Assembly: GCF_023169545.1 (NCBI RefSeq)
Contig: NZ_AP019769.1
Coordinates: 300,001-332,000, forward strand
Reading direction: 5' to 3'
From: Nanobdella aerobiophila
GTDB lineage: Archaea > Nanobdellota > Nanobdellia > Nanobdellales > Nanobdellaceae
Length of the DNA: 32,000 nt
Below, piece by piece: positions 1 through 8,567 of this stretch (position 1 is its first letter; the number at the start of each line of letters is the position of its first letter). The notes under the pieces are model-generated. The model worked only from the letters and a program-made list of their open reading frames with translations. It was not told the DNA's origin and searched no databases. The translations under genes were made by a program, and so were the position numbers.

Positions 1-925
1 TTGATATTCCAACAATTGCTGGAACATTATATTCTCTCGCATGAATCGCTACATGTGATAATAAACTTCCTAATTCTATTATTATCCCACCAAATTTATT
101 AATTAAATATATATCATCATATGCTAACTCATCTGTTACTAATATTTTATCTTTTCCAATATTATTATAGTCAAATGTTACTCTCCCAATTATCTTTCCA
201 TAAGAAACTCCAATACCATATGTACTTGCTTTACTTATATTTATTTTTCTTGTTAATGGCCTTATTTGTAATAAATAGAAATCTCCTTTATATAATACAA
301 ATTCTGCATCATATGGATGATATATTTTTCTCAATATTTTATCAATTTCTCTTATTTTATTTATTTCATAATCAAATAATATTTTCCAATTTCTATCATT
401 ATAATATATATAACTGTCTGGATAAATTATGTAAAGATCTCTTATTTTTGCTCTACCAGATGTTATACCTGTAGGATCATTTACTGTTACTTCTATTATA
501 ATTTTATCATTGAATCCAAAAATTACTCCAAATTTTCCTTTTGTAAATTGTTCCTGTATTAATATATTCATCTTTACATCTCTTATTCCGAATTTTTCAG
601 CATTTTTTGAAGAATTTAATATTCTTTCTATTGCATTTTTCATATCTTCTCTATTATATATATTTAATATAGATTCGAATACACCTGCTAAAGATAAGTC
701 TTTCAAATCCTCTAAATTTGCAGAACTTCTAAATATTAATGGTCTACGATAATCTTTTAATTTATTTTCTAATTCGTTCAATATATCTTCAATATTATAT
801 TTTTTAATTGAATCATAAGGTAGGACAATGGATTTTGGAACATTTATTCCCATTTTTTTTGCTTTATATAAATTTGCAGCTTTATTTCCTACAGTATTTG
901 AATCCTCAGATAATTCTATTATCAT
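1..925 (-). CDS. PEP synthase / pyruvate phosphate dikinase-like protein, 3' end beyond the window
   Basis: Reverse-strand translation from the ATG at 925: MIIELSEDSNTVGNKAANLYKAKKMG...PLIFRSSANLEDLKDLSLAGVFESIL..., then the phosphohistidine domain GGIIIELGSLLSHVAIHAREYNVPAIVG. Absent from the ORF track because it runs off the edge. Confidence 0.85.
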   Translation of the reverse strand, partial: MIIELSEDSNTVGNKAANLYKAKKMGINVPKSIVLPYDSIKKYNIEDILNELENKLKDYRRPLIFRSSANLEDLKDLSLAGVFESILNIYNREDMKNAIERILNSSKNAEKFGIRDVKMNILIQEQFTKGKFGVIFGFNDKIIIEVTVNDPTGITSGRAKIRDLYIIYPDSYIYYNDRNWKILFDYEINKIREIDKILRKIYHPYDAEFVLYKGDFYLLQIRPLTRKINISKASTYGIGVSYGKIIGRVTFDYNNIGKDKILVTDELAYDDIYLINKFGGIIIELGSLLSHVAIHAREYNVPAIVGIS

Positions 926-991
926 ATCTAAACTATTAATTATTCTATATTTTTAAATATATGATAAATTTCAATGTAAAATTTAGATCAA

Positions 992-1450
992 TTATTTAAA
1001 TCCCTCTAAATATAAATCAATTATTTTCTTAAATTTTAATGCACTTTTATCCCAAGAGAAATTTTTATAATATTCAATTGCATTTTTACTCATTTTAATA
1101 AATAATTCATTATTTGTCAATAATTCAATAATTTTATTTGGCTTAATTCTTTTATATTATTATTTTCAACTAAAAAATTGATAATTATTTTTTATAGAAT
1201 CTCTTAATCCTCTTACATTATAAACCAACAGAAACACAACCATTATGTATTTCCCTCAATAATACTTATTTCCCATCCTTCAACAACAGATGTCATAATA
1301 ACAATTTTTGGTTTATATTTAAATAATTTAAATATTGAAAATAAAGATATTAAAGTTGGTAAATAATCTTATTCCAACTCTTAGTATTTTAATATTTTCC
1401 AAATCTTCAAAATTATTTAAGTTTTTATTCTTTGATGTAAAAAATAATAT
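992..1450 (-). pseudogene. Decayed GT4-family glycosyltransferase, C-terminal part
   Basis: Pieces in different frames with stops between them: PKIVIMTSVVEGWEISIIEGNT(stop), YNVRGLRDSIKNNYQFFS(stop), NKIIELLTNNELFIKMSKNAIEYYKNFSWDKSALKFKKIIDLYLEGFK(stop). Confidence 0.75.
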
Positions 1451-1526
1451 TTTATTATATTAAAAATATATGTTTCTGCACCATCAGATCTTCTATGTTT
1501 TTTATCTCTCCAATTATATATAAATA

Positions 1527-2327
1527 TCATTTTACTTTTGAATATATTTTTCCTTCAGCAGGTTTTAATTTATTTAACATAAATCTAAATGGAGAATAAT
1601 AAATTCTTATTTTAGTTAAAGAAAAGAACATTGCAGAAATATTTTTTAATAATTTTTTAATAAATATAGATTCTTCATCATATTTCCAATATACATATAT
1701 TTTATTAATTGAAGATCTATGATAAAATGCATCTACAAACATATTACTATCATATGCAAAGCCTGTTATAATTGAATTATTTACAAAATAATATGCAGTT
1801 CTATAATTAAATCCTTTATACCCACTTTGTATATCATCGATCAATAATGTTTCTGGTAATAAAATCCAATTTAATAAAACGTATATCTTTGATAATATTT
1901 TTCTATACAATGGATAATTTTTAATTAATCTTTTTGTATAAACAAAATCGTATTTATTTAATTTTTCTCTTATTTTTTTAATTCCTAAATAATCTATCGA
2001 AGCATCAGCATCAGATAAAATAAAATATTTGTATTTATTTTTTAATCCCCATTTTATCCCCTCAATTATTGCTCCACCTTTTCCCAATTTATTTTCAAAT
2101 TTTAATAAATGTATATTTTTATATTTTTTTGAATATTCTAGAACAATTTTATCTGTATTATCATTTCCATCAAATACTACCAATATATGAAAACCTGTTT
2201 TTATATATTTATCCAAACACTTTGATATTCTCTTTTCCTCATTATATGCGGGAATAATTATTAAAGTACTAGAATCGTCAAAATCCATTATATTATTTAT
2301 AAGTTTTATTTTATAAATGGTAACCAA
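1527..2327 (-). CDS. GT2-family glycosyltransferase (dolichol-phosphate hexosyltransferase-like)
   Basis: STLIIIPAYNEEKRISKCL, VVFDGNDNTDKI, GKGGAIIEGIKWGL, LSDADASI motifs. Confidence 0.85.
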   Translation of the reverse strand: MVTIYKIKLINNIMDFDDSSTLIIIPAYNEEKRISKCLDKYIKTGFHILVVFDGNDNTDKIVLEYSKKYKNIHLLKFENKLGKGGAIIEGIKWGLKNKYKYFILSDADASIDYLGIKKIREKLNKYDFVYTKRLIKNYPLYRKILSKIYVLLNWILLPETLLIDDIQSGYKGFNYRTAYYFVNNSIITGFAYDSNMFVDAFYHRSSINKIYVYWKYDEESIFIKKLLKNISAMFFSLTKIRIYYSPFRFMLNKLKPAEGKIYSKVK

Positions 2328-3585
2328 ATATACCTTCTAAACCATAATATAATAAGTCTAGGTAATTCACTAGATTAATATTATCTATTTTAGTACTTTC
2401 TCCTAAATAAATTACATAGTCATTTTTTATATTATATTTATTTAGAAAATATTTCAAATTTTTAATATCATTATCCTTTATATTATTTTTATATTTTATT
2501 TCAATAGGTATTATGTTATTTTCTTTCAGTAAAATACAATCAATTTCTTTATTATTTTTTCTCCAATAATATTGACAATCTAAATAATTTATTATTTTTG
2601 TTTCAAATGATATACTTTCATCAACATTAAATAAGGATAAAGATAAACTAACATCATATGGATAAACTTTCCTTAACTTTCTACTTGATGATAAAGTTGA
2701 TGGTCTAAAATTTTTCAATATTTTAATTAATTTTGAAAATTCTAATATTTTTATATATTTTTCTAATGTTTTCTTACTCATATTTAAATCTCCCGATAAA
2801 TTATCCAAATTTAATATCATACCAGGTTTTGATAAAAATAAATATAATAATTTTTCCAAATTATTTATATCAATATTTCCAAATATGTCTAAAATATCTC
2901 CTTTAATAATTTTTGAAATTATTATTTCTTTTATATATTGTCTGGAATCTTCTATATTAAAATTAACAATTTCTGGAAATGGTTTATATAAATAATTATT
3001 GAATTCTAATTCTAAATTTCTTTTTTCTAAATTATAATTTTCCAATATTTTATTATTTTTTAATTCATAATATTCTTTTATATTTAATACTGGTAATTCA
3101 AAAATAAAATATCTACCTGCTAAATTTTCTATTGCATTCTTTTCTATTAATAAACTTGAAGAACCTGATAAAAATATTTTTATATTTGTAAAATTATCAT
3201 AAATAAATTTAATCTTTGAACTCCAATCTTTTAATTTTTGTATTTCATCAAGAAAAATATATATTTTTTCTTTCCTCCAATCAATATTTGTAATCTTTGT
3301 ATATATATCTAATAATTCATATAGTTCAATATCCTTATATTCATCAAATGAAAGATATAAAATTCTTTTTGGATCAATATTTTTATTCAATAAATAATCT
3401 ATTATTTGAAATATTGATGTTGTCTTTCCAACTCTCCTTAATCCAGTTATAATTATTATTTGTCTATAATCTATGTATTTTATTATATTATTAAATATCT
3501 ATCTTTTATATTCCTTCTTTTTATCAGGTCTTACATACTTATATAACCACCATTCATTTATATCTATTAATTTTTTATCTATCAT
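2311..3585 (-). pseudogene. AAA ATPase with C-terminal PD-(D/E)XK-like domain (DUF4143-like), interrupted by an in-frame TAG at 3499-3501
   Basis: The ORF track gives only 2311-3390 (TTG start). The same frame extends upstream through RQIIIITGLRRVGKTTSIFQIIDYLL (Walker A), a TAG, and MIDKKLIDINEWWLYKYVRPDKKKEYKR from the ATG at 3585. C-terminus has EIDCILLKENNIIPIEIKYK. Confidence 0.8.
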
Positions 3586-3599
3586 ATTAGTATATTATA

Positions 3600-3628
3600 G
3601 GAAACGAATATATTAACTATTCGTTTCC
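3600..3628. promoter_or_regulatory. Perfect 11-bp inverted repeat, 7-nt loop, upstream of the minus-strand ATPase gene
   Basis: GGAAACGAATA-tattaac-TATTCGTTTCC; followed by a half-site copy GAGGAAACTAATATATT. Confidence 0.7.
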
Positions 3629-3685
3629 TTGAGGAAACTAATATATTTCTATAAAATTTATAAAATGAAAAAATTATAGTTTTCC

Positions 3686-3934
3686 ATGTAAGAAATAATA
3701 ACATTAGATTCCGAAGATAGATTATATATACCAAAAAATATAAGGGAAAAGTTAAAAACAAAAAAATTCATACTAAAGGTTGAAGATAATAAGATAATAT
3801 TAATCCCTTATAATAATGATGAAATGGAAAAATTATATGGAATATTAAAAGATATTGAAATAAAAAGTGAAGATATAGATAAAAAAATAGAAGAAAAAAC
3901 AAAAGAAATATTAAAGAATGATGGTTTATATTGA
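3686..3934 (+). pseudogene. VapB/AbrB-like antitoxin remnant
   Basis: EIITLDSEDRLYIPKKIREKLKTKKFILKVEDNKIILIPYNNDEMEK...; ATG is directly followed by TAA, and an A7 run (8 expected) shifts frame at IPK/KIR. Confidence 0.65.
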
Positions 3935-4269
3935 TGTAAATATATTGTTTTATTTTTTTTACTGTAGATGAAAAATTTGGAAATAGTACAAAAGAATTAA
4001 TAAAATAATATACTGATAATTTATATACTTTCGTATTAACAGTTTGGCTATTATATCTTTTAACAAAAGATAAAAATATTTTTGATTATTTAAAAAAATT
4101 AAAAATAAATATATTACCATTAAATGAAGAGATATCGAAAATTGCAAAAGATATAAAAGAATTAGATTTTGAAGATGCAATACATTATGCTACGATGAAA
4201 TATTATAATATAGATAAAATAATATCAAATGATAAAGATTTTGATAAATTATGTAAAAGAATATTTTAA
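3921..4269 (+). pseudogene. VapC-like PIN-domain toxin remnant
   Basis: MVYIDVNILFYFF, a frameshift in a T8 run, VDEKFGNSTKELIK, TAA, then YTDNLYTFVLTVWLLYLL...LDFEDAIHYATMKYYNIDKIISNDKDFDKLCKRIF. Overlaps the antitoxin remnant by 14 nt, as in vapBC operons. Confidence 0.7.
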
Positions 4270-4321
4270 TTTCCTTAATTTTAATATTTTATTATCTTAA
4301 TACATAAATAAAATTTTTTAT

Positions 4322-4986
4322 TTAGTTTTTAATAATTTCTAAGATTTTCTCTTTATTAGCTTTAGTAATAATTATATCAAATTTTTCTCTAAATCTTTCT
4401 CTAATAGAATATAATGCATCATCCTCTGTTATAAAAATTACTCTATCTCCATAAATTTCCTTATATTTTAAAGCTATAAGTAAATGCATAGCATCTTCTA
4501 GATGTATTCCATAATATAAAAAATCATTTAATCGCTTAAAATCAAGATTTTCTATTGAAATATCCTCTAATATTTCGATATTCAAAGGTTCTATTATATT
4601 TTTTCTAATAATATTATATATTTCAAATATGTTCTTATTTAATATATCTTTTATTTCATCTTCATTTGATCCTAATTTTCCGTAATATGATCCAATATAT
4701 TTAAATTTTTTCCTAATTGTATTAAATGATACTTTCTTATTTATTATTAAAATTTCTGCTATGTTATCCATTAATATTTTGTTTACAACTTCATAATAAG
4801 TTATCTTAGATATTATATATCTTACTTTTATATTTTTATTTTTTTGTATATTTTTTCTTATTTCTTTAAAAAATCGTATTTTTCCTTTATTTCTATTATC
4901 ACTATTTATAATATCCTCATAAATATTTAATATTTCATTAGTATCTAAATAAAAAGTTATTATATTATGTATTCTTTATTTTCCAT
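4322..4986 (-). pseudogene. Second PIN-domain protein, 5' end damaged
   Basis: ORF 4322-4771 has LEDAMHLLIALKYKEIYGDRVIFITEDDALYSIRE. The same frame continues upstream through IITFYLDTNEILNIYEDI with no in-frame ATG/GTG/TTG before the PIN motif; the nearest ATG (4986) is out of frame. Confidence 0.6.
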
Positions 4987-5469
4987 TTCTTTTGTTTCCT
5001 TTACGTTTTTTTGGATTTAAGGAAATTACATATGGATATTCTTTTAAAAAACATCTATTAATTTTCTAGCATATTCACCGAATTCCGTAGGATCTATTAA
5101 TACTTTCTCCTTTTTTCCTTTTTTCATATATAATATGTTAAAGTCATTTTTTATAAATTTTGCAAATTTTATAAATTCTGCATATTACCTATAGCCATTC
5201 TTTACCAACTTTATTATATCATTTATATCTGATACTTCAATATTTTCTGGATAATATTCTAAGTTATTTTTATCAGATGAAATTAATATTTTTCTACAAT
5301 TAAATTTATTAAATTTATTTTCTATTTTTTTATCTTAGATTTATCAATATAATCTTTCTATTTTTCTTCTCCCTATATTAATATCCACAAAAAGATTTTT
5401 ACTTTATCTTGAGTGTTACTTAAAAATTTCTCTATAATAAGGAAATTTTATAGAAATTTTAGTACATTC

Positions 5470-5499
5470 ATGACAAAGATTTAATAAAAAGTTTGTCAT
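5470..5499. promoter_or_regulatory. 8-bp inverted repeat upstream of the 5511 ATPase gene
   Basis: ATGACAAA-N14-TTTGTCAT ending 11 nt before the probable ATG. Confidence 0.5.
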
Positions 5500-5510
5500 A
5501 TATATACATA

Positions 5511-6824
5511 ATGAATGAGAATAAGATATTGGAATTATTATCATCATGGAACTTTTGGGGATCTGGTATAAATATAGGTATAGAAAGGAATATATCAAAT
5601 AAAATAGTAGAATATATTGAAGGTATAAATAAGATTATTGTACTATATGGAATAAGAAGATCTGGAAAATCATATATATTAAGGCAAATAGCAAAAAAAT
5701 TAAGTGATAAGTATGGAAAAAATAATATATTATATGTAAACTTTGAAGAATCTGGATTTGTTGAAAAATTAAATTTAGAATTTTTAAATAAAATTTATTA
5801 TATTTATAAGGATTATGTAAAACCTAATATAAAACCAGTAATAATTTTGGATGAAGTACAAGAAATAGAAGGATGGGAGAGATTTGTAAGATCTTTGAAT
5901 GAAAAAAATGAAGCAATAATTATATTATCTGGAAGTAGCGCAAAATTGTTATCTAAGGAAATATCTACAATATTATCTGGAAGGACTATTAATTTTGAAA
6001 TATTTTCATTAAGCTTTCAAGAATTTTTAGTATTTAAAAACTTTAATAACTTATTAAATCTAAATAAGTTGAAAGAATTATTAAGAGAATATATAAATTT
6101 TGGAGGATTCCCCGAAGTTGTATTGGAAAATAATAAAGAAAAGAGGAGTGAAATTCTAATCAATTATTATAATACTATTGTTATAAAGGATGTTGCTTTA
6201 AGATATAAATTAAAAAATATTGAAAACTTAAATTTTCTTTCAAAATTTATTATTTCCAATGTTGGTAATTATATAACTTATAATTCTTTGGAGAAAAAAT
6301 ATGGTATACCAGTAAAAACTGCTCAAAGGTATTTAGAATATTTAAATGATGTTAGACTTTATTTATATTTAAATAATTTTTCATTTAAATTAAAAGAAAT
6401 AAATAAATCTCCTAAAAAAATATATACAATTGATACAGGTTTTTATACATCATTAGGATATAAAGTATTACCAGATAATATTGGAAAACTAATGGAGAAT
6501 ATTGTTGCAATTGAATTATTTAGAAGAAAAAGTTATTATAATAAAAATCTAGAGATATATTATTTCAAAGATTATCAACAACATGAAATAGACTTTTTAA
6601 TTAAAGAAGGAAATAATATAAAACAATTAATACAAGTATCATATATTAATAATTATGATGAAATAGATAAAAGAGAAATAAGATCATTATTAAAAGGATA
6701 TAATTTATTTAAGGAATACAATCCTGAATTATTAATAATTACTTGGGATTATGAAGATACAAAAGTTATAGATAATGTAAATATTAAGTTTGTACCTTTA
6801 TATAAATGGTTATTGAGTGTATAA
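5511..6824 (+). CDS. AAA ATPase with PD-(D/E)XK-like C-terminal domain (DUF4143-like)
   Basis: Walker A LYGIRRSGKSY, Walker B VIILDEVQEI, LSGSSAKLLS, C-terminal ENIVAIELFRR...YYFKDYQQHEIDFLIKEGNNIKQLIQVSY. ORF track starts at a TTG (5493); ATG at 5511 (MNENKILELL) is more likely. Confidence 0.9.
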   Translation: MNENKILELLSSWNFWGSGINIGIERNISNKIVEYIEGINKIIVLYGIRRSGKSYILRQIAKKLSDKYGKNNILYVNFEESGFVEKLNLEFLNKIYYIYKDYVKPNIKPVIILDEVQEIEGWERFVRSLNEKNEAIIILSGSSAKLLSKEISTILSGRTINFEIFSLSFQEFLVFKNFNNLLNLNKLKELLREYINFGGFPEVVLENNKEKRSEILINYYNTIVIKDVALRYKLKNIENLNFLSKFIISNVGNYITYNSLEKKYGIPVKTAQRYLEYLNDVRLYLYLNNFSFKLKEINKSPKKIYTIDTGFYTSLGYKVLPDNIGKLMENIVAIELFRRKSYYNKNLEIYYFKDYQQHEIDFLIKEGNNIKQLIQVSYINNYDEIDKREIRSLLKGYNLFKEYNPELLIITWDYEDTKVIDNVNIKFVPLYKWLLSV

Positions 6825-6994
6825 GTATATACGTTATCGATTAAATCAAATATTGAATAAATGTTGATAATAATTCAATGATGTCTTTATATTTAACTCT
6901 TTTATATTTCTATTTTTCAAACAATTTAGTAGTATTATTCCATAACTGATTTAAATGGAATTTTTTAAAATAGAGCCTACCCATTTATAAATCT

Positions 6995-7013
6995 TGAGAA
7001 CTTCAAGTTCTCA
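6995..7013. promoter_or_regulatory. Perfect 19-bp palindrome, copy 1 of TGAGAA-N7-TTCTCA
   Basis: TGAGAACTTCAAGTTCTCA, lying between two TTTATAAA elements (about 6984 and 7017). Confidence 0.75.
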
Positions 7014-7028
7014 TAATTTATAAATACT

Positions 7029-7047
7029 TGAGAAAAATATTTTCTCA
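7029..7047. promoter_or_regulatory. 19-bp near-palindrome, copy 2 of TGAGAA-N7-TTCTCA, overlapping the ATG at 7047
   Basis: TGAGAAAAATATTTTCTCA; 8-bp arms, 3-nt centre. Confidence 0.75.
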
Positions 7048-8222
7048 TGGATATTAAAATTTTAAGGGATATTAACCCATGGTGGGATAATGATAATTGG
7101 AAAGATCATGATTATCATTTAAATATACTAAAAAGATCAAGATATATTTATATACCAAAATGGATAGATAATATTTCTTTAGAACCATTTAGTTTAAATT
7201 TTGTTATAGGACCAAGGCAAATTGGTAAAACAACAGGTTTAAAATTATTAATAAAAAAATTAATAGAAAATAATAAAATAAATAATGAAAAAATAGTATA
7301 TATTGATTGTGAAATATTTCCAAATTTTAAGTATTTAGAAAAATATTTGTTATATTTTTTAGAAAAGGATAAAGAAAGAATATTTATTTTAGATGAAGTT
7401 TCTTCTTTAAATTATTGGTGGAAACCAATTAAATTGTTAATTGATTCTGGAAAATTAAATGATAGTATTGTAATTACTACTGGCTCAAGTTCATTAAAAG
7501 TAAAAAAAGATATAGAATTATTTCCAGGAAGAATTGGTAAAGGAAAGATCATAGAAGTATTACCATTAAATTTTAAGGAATATATAAAATTACATGGAAT
7601 AAAAGATTATAAAAAAGATTATGACAAAATAAATGAATTATTTAATAAATATTTAGATACTGGAGGATTCTTAAGTATATTAAATAATTTGCCTTCTATA
7701 GAAATATTAAAGGGATTTATAAATGAATTTATAAGATTTAATAAAAGCGAGGAAATAATAAGAGAAATATTTTCATCCTTAATACCAAAATTACCTTCTT
7801 CTTTAAGCTATAGAACCATTGCAAAAGATACATCAGGTTATTCATATAAAATAGTGCAAAATTATATAGAATTCTTAAAAGATCTATATATAATAGATAT
7901 TGCACCTTTAGTAGAAGGAAAGAAGATATTATATAGAAAAGAAAGAAAAATATTTTTTAGGGATCCTTTATTATTAAGATTATTCTCTGAATGGAGTAAT
8001 GTAAAATATTTAGAAAGTGCATTATATGAAAATATTGTACAAGAGCATTTATATAGAAAGTATGGGGAGATTTATTATTATAAAAATTCTTATGAAGTAG
8101 ATTGTATATCTAATAATTTAAAAGTTGAAGTAAAGGAAGGTAAAAGTCATAGAAATTATCCAAAAGATGTTATCATTTTGGATAAAGAAAATATACCAGT
8201 ATTTTTAATAAATTTATTTTAA
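7047..8222 (+). CDS. AAA ATPase with PD-(D/E)XK-like C-terminal domain (DUF4143-like)
   Basis: Walker A VIGPRQIGKTTGLK, Walker B IFILDEVSSL, TTGSSSLKV, C-terminal LYENIVQEHLYRKYGEIYYYKNSYEVDCISNNLKVEVKEG. Confidence 0.9.
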   Translation: MDIKILRDINPWWDNDNWKDHDYHLNILKRSRYIYIPKWIDNISLEPFSLNFVIGPRQIGKTTGLKLLIKKLIENNKINNEKIVYIDCEIFPNFKYLEKYLLYFLEKDKERIFILDEVSSLNYWWKPIKLLIDSGKLNDSIVITTGSSSLKVKKDIELFPGRIGKGKIIEVLPLNFKEYIKLHGIKDYKKDYDKINELFNKYLDTGGFLSILNNLPSIEILKGFINEFIRFNKSEEIIREIFSSLIPKLPSSLSYRTIAKDTSGYSYKIVQNYIEFLKDLYIIDIAPLVEGKKILYRKERKIFFRDPLLLRLFSEWSNVKYLESALYENIVQEHLYRKYGEIYYYKNSYEVDCISNNLKVEVKEGKSHRNYPKDVIILDKENIPVFLINLF

Positions 8223-8289
8223 TTCTTAATAGTAATCTATAGCTATAAAGTATTATATCAATTTTCAATTTATTTTTTAATTAAAAAAT

Positions 8290-8479
8290 TGTAGTTATTA
8301 TCGAAGGTACAAGTATATTTAATTTTCATGTAAAATTATATCCTTTAATTGCTTGCGATAGTAAAAAATTATTAATTGATAATCCAAAAATATATATTGA
8401 TAAATATTAAGGATATTTAACAACAATAATGGGTTTTGAGAAAGATATTAAAGAATTATAAGAAATTTCTGAAAAATAA
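8290..8479 (+). pseudogene. Decayed partial copy of the HIT-family gene at 28980-29441
   Basis: gtagttattatcgaaggtacaagtatatttaattttcatgtaaaattatatcctttaattg...aaattattaattgataatccaaaaata... closely matches the 3' half of the HIT gene; in-frame stops after IDKY and KEL. Confidence 0.85.
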
Positions 8480-8567
8480 AAAATAATAATAAATAAATTT
8501 TATAAATAAAAAGAAAAATTAAAGATATATAATAAAATTTTAATTTTTGATTAATATTATATACGGT

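Noticed and set aside
121-752. Plus-strand ORFs 121-474 and 510-752
   Set aside because: Antisense to the clearly coding PEP synthase-like frame on the minus strand; low-complexity Leu/Tyr/Phe-rich translations.
3959-4180. Minus-strand ORF of 73 aa
   Set aside because: Antisense to the VapC-like remnant; low complexity.
5423-5460. AAAATTTC-N11-GAAATTTT-N3-GAAATTTT as a further operator
   Set aside because: Built only of A/T runs plus one C/G; expected often by chance at this base composition, so not claimed.
6835-6980. Possible minus-strand remnant (QLWNNTTKLFEK...VKYKDIIELLSTFIQYLI) between the two ATPase genes
   Set aside because: Short and not recognisable as any family; insufficient support.
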